A DNA stretch of 64,000 nt from Carcharhinus amblyrhynchos (taxonomy: Eukaryota), in NCBI GenBank assembly GCA_965287045.1, contig OZ336874.1:46810001-46874000 (forward strand). The letters run 5' to 3'. Shown one piece after another: positions 12,708 to 26,699 of the stretch. The position numbers and the translations under genes are program-made. Under the pieces are notes generated by a model. The model searched no databases. It was not told the origin of the DNA and saw only the letters and a list, made by a program, of their open reading frames with translations. Positions within the stretch are counted from its first letter, which is position 1; every line of letters begins with the position of its first letter.

Positions 12708-13574
12708 ATCTTGAGAAAACTAGCAAGTTGCTTCAGTAAGACATGTGTCCACAGCTTGCCAAAAGTATTCGGGTGAAGACAATGTCCAATTTCAAAGAAG
12801 CTTTGGGCCTTCAGCTTCTACAGATAACCATTTCGGGCCCATAAATGAGTCTAAACGAATAGCTCCCCTGCTCTCACTTTAATCAACAGCATGTGCAGAC
12901 ACTTCAATCCACTATGCTAAACTGTTCGCCAATATATGCTAAGCATGGCAAACATTGACGAAATGGAGATGATGGTGTAGATCAATTTCACCCCTATCAG
13001 TGTGAAATGGCTTTGTGATGAATCAGCACCTAATCTTCTATCTGATTCTGCCAGTCTGTAAATCACTAATGTATCATTGATTACAATTACCTCCTTTAGA
13101 CTAAAATTGAGAGTCTGGACAAATATTTGGCTTATACCCATCCTAACAGAGATGGAATATTCCCTAACCAAGCTGAGCACAGTCGAAGAGAAACTGAGAT
13201 ATACATGGCTATAATCACTCCATATGCAGTTTAAACTGTCATCCCACAATACCAGAAACATACCTTGGAAATAACACTTGAAAACAGACTACAAGCTGAA
13301 ATTGGAGACTCAGGAATTCTTTCAACTTTCTTTTGGAAATGACATTCCTTATAACATGGGCTCATTTTGAACAGATGTTCCAGATTGATTATGTTCTGTA
13401 TTTAACAGTGAAACATGGTTCAGGCCTGCAGCTGTGCATTCATCTCTCACGCACAGTGGAATATTGGAAGATAACTAGAAAACCTAAGACTCGAGATGTG
13501 CACACTGAATATATGACTTTTCTTTTCAAACTGGGTGTAAAGATAAGTACAAGCCAGTTTGTTTAACTTCAATA

Positions 13575-14830
13575 GTGAAGAGACTTCTAGAAACAATAAT
13601 CCAAGATAAAAGTGGGTTATTGAAGGAAAGCTGGCATGGGTTTCTTAAGAGAAAACTATGTTTAGCTGACTTGGAGTTTTTTGATGAGGTAAGAGAGGGC
13701 TGATGAGGGCAATGCTGTTGATGTGGTACACATGGTCTTCCAAAGGTATTTAATCAAGTGCCACACAGCAGATTTACAAGCAAAGTTATAGCTCACGAAA
13801 TAAAAGGTACAGTGGCATCATGGTTACAGAACTGGCTAAGTGACAGGAAACAGGCAATAGTACTAAATAGATGATTTTGGGTTGGAGGAAGGTTTGCAGT
13901 GGAGTTTACCAAGGATCAGTTTTGAGACCCTTGCTCTCCTGATATACATTAATGACCTAGACTTTGGTGCAAGTTTAAAAACTTGTGGATGATACAAAAC
14001 TTGGAAACATTATGAATAGTGAGGAGGATGCCGTAGAACTTCAAAAGTGCAGACAAATTGATGGAATGGGTAGATAGATGGCAGATGAAGTTCAATGTGG
14101 AGAACTGTGAAGTGATTCATGTTGGTAGAAAGACCACGAAGAGACAATATAAATATAATACAATATAAAGGGTACAATTCTAAAGGGGATGCTGGAGCAG
14201 AGGCACCTGTGTGTATATGTGCATAAGTCATTGAAGGGCAAATTGAAAGAGCATACAGCCCTCGTTGGCATGATTAATAGATGCAGAGAATACAAAAGCA
14301 AGGAGGTTATGTTGAATTTGCATAAGATACTAGTTCACATTCAGCTGAAGAACTGCAACAAGTTCAGAGCACTGCACTTCAGGAAAAATATGAAAGCAGT
14401 AGGGAGTGTGCATAAAGGATTCATGAGAATGATTCCAGGGATGAGAAGCTTTAGTTATGGACTGTTTTCCTTGGAGAAAAGACTTGGAGGAGATTTGATG
14501 GAGGTATTCAAAATAATGAGTCCAGATGGAATGGATAGGGAGAAACTGATCCCACTTATGAACAGATCAAGAGCAAGAGGGCACATATTTAAAGATATTG
14601 GCATGAGAAGCAAAAATGACATAAGAAAAGAATTCACACTGTGAGTGGTTAAGATTTAGAAGCACTGCCTGAGAATGCAGCAGTGGCATGTTCAGCAGAC
14701 TACCCAAAAGAGAATTCACAGGATTAATTAGAGGGGACGGTACTAAGAGGATCACTTATTTGAGAGATAATGCCAACGTGATGGGCCAAATAGCCTCCTT
14801 CTGCACTATAACAATTCTGAAAATCTGGGA
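13575..14830 (+). mobile_element. CR1 LINE, RT and 3' end, decayed
   Basis: Motifs DVVHMVFQ(R), QGSVL, YINDLD, VDDTKL, WQMKFNVENC and LFSLEKRLGGDL, plus a CR1 tail (gggccaaatagcctccttctgcact). Confidence 0.9.
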
Positions 14831-15689
14831 GGAAAAGCTAAGCAGTGCCTCAAAGAACTCAAATCTGACATGTTTTACTCCAATATTTTAAAACATATAA
14901 AATATACACAAATTTGGATACTCAGTTTGGTTCTGTACTCCTCACTTGTTTAAGTCTGGTAAGTAATAAAACAGCTAGAACTACATCTGCATCACAGTGC
15001 AGTAAGGATGAGTAAATGGGTCAGGCAACGTTTGACCCACTGAAGATCATATGCTTTGATGTGGTTTCTCTGAGTAACATACACTCTGCTGTTATCATTT
15101 TCCTTGCTGTAGTCTGCATCCGCTCTGTACAGCTACAATAAAGTCGCCATCTGCTGTCTTTTGAATGCCAGGAAAAGCATCAGGAATAAAGCCAAATTAC
15201 ATCTTTCATAAAGTGACAGTTACAATCTTTTGTCTTTCTGGTTTGTAGTTGTTGTGAACAAACTAGCATATTACTTTACTTGTATTCTCTTCCTTTTCCA
15301 TAATGTTTTTCTATTTCATTTTGATGGTCTGCCATTCTTGTGAAGAACTGGTATTTAGTGCTGGATCTGGTTTTGGAGCAAACACCAGGGATACATGAAA
15401 GAATCTAGATCAAAGGGCTTACCTGTTCCTCTTCAAAAGTCAAATCAAACCCCAACCTACTCTCTGATCCTCAAGGTAGGGTTTGTTGTCTTTTAATCAA
15501 GTTCATTATTCATATGTGGAATCTGGTATATAGACTACACTTTAATTGTTCATATTATTTATACATCAGAAAGCATCTTATAATGTACATTAGTTTAAAT
15601 TATAGATTTTTTTATAATTACAACATCAATTCACAATATCAAGGAACAAATCATTATATTGTTTATGCATCAGTTTCACCCAGCCTGCC

Positions 15690-16070
15690 AAAATGAGAAA
15701 GTTGTGGGTTCAAGTTCCACTACCAACTTGAAAAAAAAACCTAGACTGACTGTGTTGCCAAAGATGTTGTTTTTGGAAGAGACTTTAATCCAAGGCCCTA
15801 ACTGTGTTCAGATTAATGTAAAATATGTTAACGAACTATAGGAGAAAGAGTAAGATGATCTCCTTGTGTCCTAGTCAAGAATCTTCCTTCAATCATCACC
15901 AAAAGCAGAATAGCTGGTCATTCATGTTTCTGATGCTTGAGAGAACTTTGGGTGTGCAAATTAGCTGCTGCTTCTGTCTGAACAGCAATTTTTACCACTT
16001 TTCAATATTCTTTTATTGGACAAAGTATTTTAGGGCATCTTGAACATATGATAGAGTTAAAATAAATAGA
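15690..16070 (+). mobile_element. Deu-domain SINE (SacSINE1/AmnSINE-like), old
   Basis: gttgtgggttcaagttccac head, followed by Deu-like tgtgtcctagtcaa...gtgcaaattagctgctg. Confidence 0.6.
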
Positions 16071-16279
16071 AGTTCTTTGTAATTTCTGGCATTTTTCACA
16101 AAAGCAGAACTCAATGAAACTTTCTGCAGTTCAAGGAAACATTTAGTTTTGATTTTAACAAACACTCAAATTGGCTATGTGGATATCTGAATTATTTTTC
16201 TAAATGGGTATTAACTATTTCATTGCATGAATCTAGCTCACCCAGTCCTAACTCTTTCAGCAAATGTGGTAAATATACT

Positions 16280-17870
16280 GGCCCAAATTACCATAGTGCT
16301 AGTAGTGCTCTTCTGGCACAAGTGCAGAGATAGCTGAGCAAGATTGGACAGGATCTGCATAGTCCAATTCCAGCCGAGCCAGCCAATTTCTGAAAGGATC
16401 GGGGCAGAATCCCTATCTGCCCCAAACCATTACCCACGACTTTAGGTGTAAGTAGTACCCAACAAGCTCAGGGTCAGAGTTGGCCTGGGATAGTGATGGG
16501 TATCAGCTCTGAGAGGAGGACTGGCACGTAGCTCATGATTGGCTCCAGGATAACGAGGAAAGGTTTACTAATACCAGAGAGGAGAGAAATGACGATGCAG
16601 GGTGGATCTATGCTGATGGGGCCAGGTGGCAGGAGGACGATGAAATGTGATGAGTGACAGAGGGAGGAGAGAAGGTAGTAAAGCATGTTTGAAAAGTGAT
16701 GAGCACCATATTACTTGAACATGCAGTTGGTCAATTAGTGAGATCCCTCCAGCGGAAGGTGAATCTTTTTGGGTGGGAGAGGTTCTGGGTCAACACAAGT
16801 GGCCAACTTAAGGCATACTGTAGAATTATGAGGCAGCTGAATATCAAAGATGCTCACTTACATTCTCCCCTCTATAGTTAAGTCTACATTGCAGCAAATT
16901 TGCTCCGACTCATGGGTCAAAAAAATCAAGGACCCAGCACACTGCAGAGCTACATTTAGTTTACCCATTTGCCATTGGCTGTTGTCAGAAGCATGGTGAA
17001 GGGAGGGAAGTAGAATCCATCCAAGGGGCATGGCTGGAGGAGGGACGACAATTTGCTATTCCAACCTCCAGGATGAATGATTATGGCTGACAGTAGATCA
17101 TGTAGTTACTGTCTTCTATGCTGCTAAGGCAATAGCCTCTCTATTGAGTTTCGAGGGCAGGGGAGACGAGTAGAAAAGTGTCCACATGAGGCTTCTTCAC
17201 ATGGCTCTCATCATTTTGGTCAAAGAATAATGTATTCAAACGCATTTATTTATGAACAGGAGGAACATCCATCTTTGGATTTCCAGGGTGTCCTTTACCT
17301 GGAAGCGGTGGGCTGAAGTGTAGGTGCCAGGTTTGAATAAAAAGGTGAAAGGTTTAGCACTTACATGTTGGCTTTGAGATTGAGGGAAAGCTGGAAAGGA
17401 CATGCTTATTTAACTATCACTTCAATGTGTTCACGCACCCTCTGAAGTGTCAATGATGCAGGCTGCAGTCAACCCTGCCTTGGTAATGGTTCTTATCCAG
17501 ATAAGAGAGAGGGTGCACAGAACCAGGAGGAGCAAGGGCTTGCAATGGCAAGTGTTCTTATCGAGAGTTGAACGAGGTTTTATATATCCTGAGATGTGTT
17601 TGCTCACATCTGGCAGCTTCTCTAACGTGAGGTGCAGCTGCAAGAACTCTGTAGAAGTGCGGAGCTCCTGGCCTACAATGAGTGAGTAGTTGTCTGAATT
17701 CCCTTGGTGCACTAGGGCACTGAAGGCCCAAAGGCCTTTGACCCCATGAGGTAGTGGTGTGTCAGGCAATTTCCTGCCCACCCCGCCACAAGATTTGCCG
17801 TGCTCCTCACGGATGTATAATTAATGAGCTGAAAAGGGGAAAATTGTGCGTGATCATCTGCCCTACCACC
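16280..17870 (-). mobile_element. Possible PIF/Harbinger transposon remnant
   Basis: Weak decayed motifs on the minus strand (LTLEKLPDV..HLR; ILEV...RPSSSH) and GC-rich termini. Confidence 0.35.
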
Positions 17871-17877
17871 TAGCAGG

Positions 17878-18240
17878 ATTACACTAACTTTCTTGTCTCC
17901 AGAATGGAAATTTTTTCCCCATGTTTACTTGTTCTAATCATGCTATGACTTTTTAAGTGCATTGTTAAGGCACCCTTCATAATAGTTTCCAACAATTTCC
18001 TGATGATTGATGTCAGGCTAACTGGTCTGGGTAGTTCTTGTTTTCTCGTTCCTTCCTTTCTTGAATTGCTATTCAAGAAAGGGGTTTATTAACTTTATTA
18101 ACTTCCAAACTGCCAAGATCATTCCAATCTAGAAAATTCTGGAAAATTAAAGCCAGTGCATCTACTACTTGCGCTGCGAGAATCCGAAGATGAGGTCCTG
18201 GGGATTTGTTAAAATTAAATCCATGAGTTTTTCCAGAGGA
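17878..18240 (-). mobile_element. CR1 LINE fragment
   Basis: NKSPGP, DALALIFQNFLD and RPVSLTSIIRKLLETI. Confidence 0.85.
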
Positions 18241-19336
18241 GTACTTCCAGCATCCAACACTCCCCCCCTCCCCCACCCCCACCTTTTCAAATGATCATCC
18301 AATACCACATCTCTTCTACACCTTCTGTAGTGAGTATTTAGTGCAGGCACCAACTGATGGCATAACAAGTGGCCTGCCAGCTCTGGATATTTCAAAATGG
18401 TCAGGCGCAGAAGCTACTGACAATAAATTTGGGGCTAGTATGTTCCTCACATATGCTGAAAACGTTAGGAAGAGGAAATCATAAAGTTAATTGGCTAGCA
18501 TATTAACATCTAATAATGACAGGCAGAAAATGATCAGCTGTTCTTTCTAGCTTTCTCTACATTCTTGATGGCTTAACATAGTTTGATAGCTCCTAACTCC
18601 CTCCAGCCATGTAATCTAAAGTCTATGTATCTATCCAGCAAAAATCTGAAAAGTGAATTAAAGAAAATCCACTGATTAATTTCCCTTTGGAGCACAAAGT
18701 TAAAAAGAAATAATGGTAATGACAATTGCAATGATGATTCTGTAAGCATTTTCAATTTATAATTATGCTCGTGCAGAGCTGAACCTGAATGGTTTGCCAA
18801 ATTACTTTACAATTTTTTACAAGATCAATAAATGCAACAATAGCGCTTCAAAGAAAATAACATTAACAGAGGTGAAGATAGGCTGCAATACACATCATTA
18901 GTGAGAAAACGGAGCTAATGAATCATACAATTTAAGCTCCAACATTAATTATGCTTAAATAATAGATGGTGCACTCACTGTTTCATATACTAATATGGAT
19001 TCGACCAGAAAAGTTTGCCTTTTTTGAATTCATTCCAATATCAACTTTAAATTTTTTTTATGATTTGCAGAAAAAAGAAACCATGCCTGCAAGTGGTACT
19101 TGGCATCTGCTTCCATGAGCTCAGAACATCCAATTATTTATCATAGATTTTTAAACATCACAGTAGTTAATAGTTTCAAGATTTTTCAATTGGAAGCAAG
19201 TTCCAATATGCCGTTCATGACAACGTGTCTATTCCCACTCAATTTTGTTTATTTCAGATAAACTTTATAACTATCAAGCACCATTCATCAAATTCATTGA
19301 TTTTGTCTGCAGAAGTCAAAGATTGTTTGTTCTTAC

Positions 19337-19432
19337 CTCTCTCACACTGGGGACCAGTAAATCCATACACACATGCACAACGATTAGGTCCAATACAACG
19401 ACCACCATTCTGACAACCATTTTCACAGACAG
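19337..19432 (-). CDS. FBN2: Fibrillin coding exon 5 (EGF-like 3)
   Basis: 96 bp, cacag|CT...G|gtaaga. Encodes (P)[31 protein letters not shown], matching FBN2. The next exon (DYRTGPCF...) was not seen in 1-19336. Confidence 0.96.
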
Positions 19433-21378
19433 CTGTGCACAAAACAAAATGTCAGTGTTTTATGAGTGTTTGCTGAACACCAGCAGAGAACGACAGGCTG
19501 TGCTCAATGAAGTGCTTAGCACTACAAGGGAATGTTTCAGAAAATACCTCAATGGTTTCCACAGATGTCCACCTGTCATTAATTTAATTGAAAGTTCTTC
19601 ATAGAAATTATCACACTGAAGTTAATTTCCTTGGAATACCCTTTTATTGAAGAACCATACTGTGCAATGTGTGAGATAAAAAGGATAAATGAACCTCAAT
19701 CCTAATAGACCCAATATAAATGTGATGTTGGTGCCGAACAAGGGGCTGGCACGTAGTTTGGGGAATATTTGTCAGGTTAAGTAAAGTTGAAATCAAACTG
19801 AGCCAACATGAAACCACAGCCCGAGTACTGCAAAGGGAACATAAAATTCCCAGCCTTCAGTGCTAAGAAAATGTAAGATTAAACTTGTGAACAGGAATTT
19901 TTACCAGTCTAGTACATTCTTCACATATCTACCACTATTTCTTGTAGTGAATACTTGACTCAGCCATCCATGCCCCACTATAAACACACTTCTTTGCAAG
20001 TAAGCACAGAATGACACTGGCAGTTGGCAAGATGAAGTCTCCAGAGAAACTCAGTGCTCTCCCAGAGACAATATTATGGGCATAAACATGTGAACAAATA
20101 TGAACTCACAAGATAGGAAAAGTCCTTTTAGGTAGGATCGGTCCTTTATTCTGCAAATTGAGGAAACCTGCATAGCAATTTATTGATGCAGTAACAAATG
20201 GTCTACGAAGGTTATGGAAGAATTTTTAATCCTACAGTACCTCAAATTCAGCCATAAGCTAGCACCACATTTTAATTAAAATTACTTTCAGTTGAACTGA
20301 AATATTTCCACTTAAAAAAAAAGGCATCTTTAGCAACTTTTAACATGGCTTTAAGGGGTAGTGTGCCATTATAAATTAGACCATGACAATAAAATTCAGG
20401 AATTAAAAATGTATATAAAATGTTTTTAGGCACAATTTTATCATGGTGATAATCGTCACCAATGAACATTTACTCAATATAAATCACCACCTCGAGGAAA
20501 GGACTGGAGGACATTGGAAAGAAAATGAATATCTCTGATGCCTTTATTTAGATAATAGAAAAATAAGTTGTTTCATCACTTTTTGAAAATTCTTTGAACA
20601 ATATGAAAAGTCATCAAACTCTGTTAGTGACATTCAGTGTAACGATAGGATTAGTTTTGTTGGCTTTTATGAATTTAAAAATCAAGGGCTAATTATTTAT
20701 TGAAAAGAATTGAACAACAAAATTGAAGTAAAGCTTGGCACAGAACACAAACTTCAAGTATGTACAGAGTTTGAACAAGTGGTCCCAATGCTGAGATTCC
20801 GGTATAGGTCATTCATGAATCACGCACACATATGCTCCATTTATTAAAATTTGTGGGTGGAAAGCTACACAGACCAAGAAAGTGATTCACTAATTTCTGC
20901 ATCTGAATTCCCAGTAAATGCTTCCATCACACAAAACTATGTCCAGAGCACTAACTCATAAAATTTGTCCTGTGGTGTAATAGAGGCAGGAGATTATCAG
21001 TCCCATTATCCTTTTCCTGTTCCCAAAGGTGAAAATATTTTTCAATGCTATTTGTCTTATGTCATGAGTGCTGAGCTCTCACATGTCTCAGGAGGTTCTC
21101 GAAGTTGTCATATTTCCCTTTATAAAAAAAATCAAATTTCTCCATCTGATACAAACAGTAATCAGAGGGATTCTTACCCCACAATTTGAGTAACATATTT
21201 CTTTTTACTTGTATAAAAAAAAACTAATGGCTGCAAAAATGTATCTGCAGATTAAAACTGATTAAATTTGATTGTGGAATTTGATGTCAAAATATTCTTT
21301 GGACAAGTCCTCAGTGAAGCACTCTAATCTTGTTGAACTGCGACTTGTATCACATATCCATCAGTAAAATCTACTTAC

Positions 21379-21474
21379 GCTGTCCACAGTGCGTTCCTGT
21401 GTATCCTTTCTGGCACTGGCAATGATCTTCAGCACAATTCCCTCCATTCATGCATCTGATATTGCACTGTTGAA
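21379..21474 (-). CDS. FBN2: Fibrillin coding exon 4 (EGF-like 2)
   Basis: 96 bp, ttatag|TT...C|gtaagt, phase 1-1. Encodes (L)[31 protein letters not shown]. Confidence 0.96.
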
Positions 21475-21847
21475 CTATAAAAGGTATTCATTTATCATTA
21501 ATCTCCCATAAGTACCACAGTAGAAATGATGCATCTAATCATAGCCTGGATATGAGTCATTGATTATAATTTTTTCATGTGGATTTTAGGTGAAAAAAAA
21601 ATCAAGCTGATTCTCTTACAATGCAGACCAGACCATTACAGTTTTTTTGCATTTAAATGAATTCTAAAAGCTTTACTCATTAATGCACTCATTAGATACA
21701 ATAACATTACTTCAAAAAACTGTACTATACATAATCTTTTGCATGAATTGTTGCGATATAGAATCTAAGGTGTCACTTGACTACTACAGCACTACATGGA
21801 GGTAACAAGAATTCTAAATTTGTAAAAGAAAATGCTTAGAAACCTAC

Positions 21848-21946
21848 GAGATTTAGTTCCACAAGTGGGTGAGATTTGTCCATTGGAGCAGGTGCACATG
21901 TTGGGACGTGAACAGAATCCATCACCACAGGTGTTTCGACAAATAG
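21848..21946 (-). CDS. FBN2: Fibrillin coding exon 3 (EGF-like 1)
   Basis: 99 bp, ctgcag|CT...C|gtaggt, phase 1-1. Encodes (P)[32 protein letters not shown]. Confidence 0.96.
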
Positions 21947-24259
21947 CTGCAGGTAAGAAGCGGTAAACAATTATCATGAAGCAAGTTTCATTCTCAAGTG
22001 AGAGATTTATGAGATTACAGAGAGTATTTGCTGTGCCCGATTACATACTGGCCTAGATTTGCAGCAGAAGTAATGATGGGGCATTCACCATTATTAAGGA
22101 GTAAATTAGATAGCAACATTTGGCCCCCACTCATGCCCTATTAAATGCAGAAATAAAGACGTTTCTGGCCGGGTTGCCCTGCTCCTCAAAAAGCTGTGCT
22201 ACATTGATATTCCTCCCCTGCCCCACCATGCAGAGACTTGGCATTCAAAGGGTGCAAAAGCATTCATAGAAAGGTGCCAAGTTGCACCCTTCTTTTTGAT
22301 TAGATATTAAATAAATACACCAGTAAAAGATACGTCTTGTCCAATCAAATGCAAGTCATTTTTGCACCTGATGTTAAGTTTTAATTACTGTCAAACAATC
22401 TCTCTGGAACTAAAAAAAAATTTCACTAATGTGGTGCCTCATTTCTTCAGATTTTAATTATTTTTGGATATTTAAAAAACAACTTAAATAATGTGAGAAA
22501 TCCTTGACAGTCAAACAACATCTGTGGAAAGTGCAATCTGTGATGAAGGGTCATCAATTTTCATGCAGACAGAAAATGCCAACAAATCCAGGAGTCCTGT
22601 CCCGAACCTGGCCTCTGCCATTTAATTTGGGGTGGGGGGGGGCGGTGGAAAGAGAAGTAATATACCTTCTGAGGCAGGTGCAGTGCCTTCTAGGATCATT
22701 AAAACTCGACACGATTGTGTGCAAAATATGAATAAACTCATTGGAACTATCCAACTGCTGGCTTTAAACTTAGTGTGTGAAGTTAAAAAACAACGCTTGA
22801 TATTTCATTCCTATGTTGTCACCAGCCTGAGTGTAATTATTATAGAATTTGTGCCACATGATTGATTTTACAACCTAATGTTATCTCAGCGGTGTACCTG
22901 TTACATAAGCTGTTTCATTGAAAGCTCCAGGTGTTTATAGAATGTTTGTTTTGATAGATTAATTACAAAATTATTCAAGGACAAATTCTATAATGAGCAG
23001 TAAATTCCTTTATCAATGAGAATGTTTGTTTTAAATAATAACATTACCAATAAATACATAACTTTATTTATGTCATTACTGAGGATTGCCCATTTTGAAT
23101 ACTAAGTGAATTGGAAGATCAGAGGAAGGGCAAAGGGTGGTGTTGGTTGGGGGATGGGGGGCTGTTGCATGATTTTGATTGGCATAGAGGCTACAAAGGG
23201 TCATGGGGATGACTGTTACCTTCTATGCCAATCCATAGAATTGGCATAGGCCAGATGTAGTGAGTAGAAGGGCATAGGGTATGAAGGGCTATGGGGGCGG
23301 ATGGAAGGACATATAGCATTGGGACATGTTGGACAATGGAGGTCAGGTGGGGACATGAGGTGGCTTGGGTTGGCATGGATAGACCATGGGGAATGTGTGT
23401 GTGTGTGCGTGTATGCATGTGTGCCCCAGTGGGGGGGAAAAGGGGTGGAATGAGGACTGGAGGGTTGATTATTAGCTTGTTAATTTTTGTAATAAACTCA
23501 ACAAAATACCAGTGCACTGATGCAAGCTTTCCGCCCAGGCTGCCTCCGCACTCATCCCAGAGGTGACAGGTCCACTTCTAACTCAATCCACCCATCCTCC
23601 CTCCTCCACAACACAAGTTCCAATTTCCAGGCCTCTACACTGGGTTGAGTTCACAAAGTCAGAAAATGTTCCTTCTTTGTGCTCCCAACCCAGAAGCAAA
23701 AATCCGGGCCATTAACTCAGTTTCTCTCTTCCCACAGATGCTGCCAGACCTGAGGCTCATTTCCAGCATTTATGTTTTTATTGCAGTTTTCCAGCATCAG
23801 CAGTACTTTGATTTTGTGATTTAAAAAAAATTCTGTATCTTTTATTGCTCTCTTTCTCTCACTTAAATCATTAGTTCTCTTTCTGTACATAATTTGTCCC
23901 TGAATTAATTATTCTAACTTAGACTTCTGGGTTCAGACTCCATGTAGGAATTCATCGGTCTGCTCAGTTAAAAAAAAAACCACATCATGGCTTTTGCTAT
24001 TTACACATGTTGCAGATCCCTTGAATTTAATAACGTTAACATCCTGTGCAAAAGGAGGTCTGCAGGCACGTTTAAGTGTAATGAATGGCTAGGGTTGTTC
24101 ACTTGCCACTGACCGCAACATTTGGGCTGATATCAAATTAAATTCTTGCAACGCTTTACTGAATCAAGTACTCAAGAATTTACCAAGGTTTTTCAGTTTC
24201 ATATCTGTGTGTGAACACAGGACCTTTCCGTACAAGCGCAGGAGATGAAAAACCTGCTC

Positions 24260-25620
24260 TTTTAACTCCTCCATTCCCACTACACAGGGCCCCCAAGGAA
24301 ACGCAACTAGGGCAGCAATTTACTTCGGATTCTTTCAATTTAGCATCCTGAATTCACTATTCACAACATGGCCTCCTGTACATTGGGGAGAACAAACACA
24401 GATTGGGTGATTGTCCTACACAACACCTCTGTTCAGCCCATAGCATGAACCTAAGCCTGCTGTCATCTGACACTTTAATTTTATGCTTCATTCCAACACC
24501 AATTTCTCCAGACTTAGCTTTAGAAGCAGGAGAATAGGCATTTCACTTTTCAACTTAAAGTTCTCAGAACTATACATCAGGTTCAAAAACTTTAAATCAC
24601 TTTTCCCAATTTTTTCCAAAGTGGCTGAACTGATTCTATTCTTGTCCTTTGCATCTCAACTTGCTATTTTTTGACTTGTTTCATTATCACCCCCTTCCAT
24701 CACTTCCTTTGTCATTTAGTCTCTCCTATTTTTCACTCTATCACTGACTTTCTCTATTGTTCTGTTCTTCCCTCTTAACTTTTCCTGCCACTGCACTTAC
24801 TTAATCCTTTTGCACCTTCAGTTCTAACAAAAGATCATTGATCTGAAATCCCCAAAAGCAGGTGGAGGAGTGGGCACTTAAATCGGGCAGAAGAGTACAA
24901 AAGGGGGCCCCACTGTCATCCCACTTCTCCCCAGTTAAGTCCAGGCTGGAAAATCTGGTGGACAATCTTCCCATCCAGACATTGATTGAGGCTATTAAGT
25001 GGGCAATTAATGCCCTTTTACATGCCAAATCCCACCACTGTTGGTATTCAACCAGTGAAGATGACACCATGCAAGAAGTCCACTGTAGGCTCCTAGCGAG
25101 TGGTGTGCCTCATTCAAAGGCACTCAGTACCAAATCAAGGGACTCAGCATTGGGAATGGGGAGACCTGGTGAGGGTCACTCTCTGCCCTTTTTTCCATCC
25201 CTCCACCTCCACCTAGCAGCCCAGTCCATCATAAGCCTTATCCTACCCCCACTCACCTGTGGCTTGGATTCCTCAACAATCCTAGGCCTCTGGTGGGTGC
25301 ATAACTATCAACTGCCACCATTCCCGGGGCAGTGATGAGCAGTGGAGAATTGCCAGCCTCTGATTCTTTGACAGCTTCTGGATGGTGGAATTTCCACCCC
25401 AGGTTCTAAATCCCAGGGATACCCATCACTGGCCACTCAAGCTCCTGCTGGACACTTAACCCTGGTGGACTTTCACCAGAGGCAACATAGCATTCCCACA
25501 ACTTTGCCAATCATTGGGCGAGACTCCCATTTTCAACATTAAATTGTGTCGATAAACTCTGTTTCTCTCTTCACAGATGCTGCTTGAACAGTGCATATTT
25601 CCAGAAATTTCCCTTTATAT
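24260..25620 (+). mobile_element. Penelope-like element 3' part (GIY-YIG + pLTR), split by a GC-rich insertion at ~24850-25550
   Basis: GLLYIGENKHRLGD at ~24370-24412 (GIY-YIG). The pLTR resumes at 25553 (aactctgtttctctcttcacagatgctgc). A similar pLTR piece lies at 23712-23820. Confidence 0.7.
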
Positions 25621-25654
25621 TTGATGTTAATGATTTAGTTCTTTTAGGAATATA

Positions 25655-25960
25655 AGACTCAGGAATACAAATGTTCCATATGGCTGATCTGGTTTTTGTC
25701 TAGACTCCACTTTCCTACCTGTTGCTCATAATCTTTGGCTCCCTTATCTATCAAAAATCTACCTAGCTCGGCTCTGAATATATTCAATTAGTAGTTCTCC
25801 ATAACTCTCTAGGGAAGTGAATTCTACAGACTAATGACTCAGAAAAAAACTCTCCTTGTTTCGATCTTCAAAGGGAGGCATCTTATCCTTAAGCTATATC
25901 CTCTAGTTCCAGTGCCTCCCACAAGAGGAAATACTCTCCCCATTTCACCCTATCCAATCC
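25655..25960 (-). mobile_element. CR1 3' fragment
   Basis: Reverse complement of the CR1 3' region (…actagaggatatagcttaaggataaga…, gtagaattcacttccctaga…). Confidence 0.7.
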
Positions 25961-26176
25961 CCCCTTGGTTGGGGATTAATGTGAAGGGACTATGTAGCTG
26001 GCAAGTGTATTTGTGATTTTGTTGTTATATTTGATTCCTGCATTCATACCTATTTCACAGCCAAACAGGGGTGTTGACATTATGATTTTGCCTGTGGTTC
26101 CATGATGCTCTTGAGAGGTCACTAGGGATTTTGTGGCATGAAAAGTGTGGGAAACCCTGCATTATATTATTGTCTC

Positions 26177-26445
26177 TGTGATAACCCTCATTACTTGCAT
26201 GGGGAAGTTATTGATTGACCTTCCTGTAGGACTTGTTGAATACAAGCTCTCTGGAGATTGGTAATTAAGTAAACAGGTGGACTTGTATACCAAGCCCTGT
26301 ATAAAGCAGGCCCCTAAGTGGGTCCATTATTCCATTTATCCCAGTTGGGATCAGTTGTGTTCACCATAGGCTTGTGGTTTCTGCTCTACTTCATTTTGTG
26401 CAATAAAGCACTGCCACTTTACAGATGTCTCCTGATGTTACTATA
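26177..26445 (+). mobile_element. Probable solo LTR
   Basis: Starts with TGTG and contains TATAAA and AATAAA. Flanked by the near-duplicate gtctc / gtctg. Confidence 0.45.
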
Positions 26446-26699
26446 GTCTGGTGGCTCTGTTTCTAATAACGTTAAAATAATTTTGCTATGTTTATTACAG
26501 AGAAAGTAACATTATTGAAGGGCTACATTTTTTTTAAAAACGTTGTTTTAACATTGGCATAAAGGCTCTGTAAACTAGGATGGCCCAATATGTAACCACA
26601 GCCTCCCTTACATTGATTTCCCAATTCTCTCAACCCTAGGATATTAGAACAAAATAGAACAATAGGGATAGTTGTAGACTGTTGGCATCAGAATGTCTC

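Noticed and set aside
15090-15125. Minus-strand gcag|ACTAC as a candidate next fibrillin exon (D-Y...)
   Set aside because: It translates DYSKEND, not DYRTGPCF, and has no cysteine pattern.
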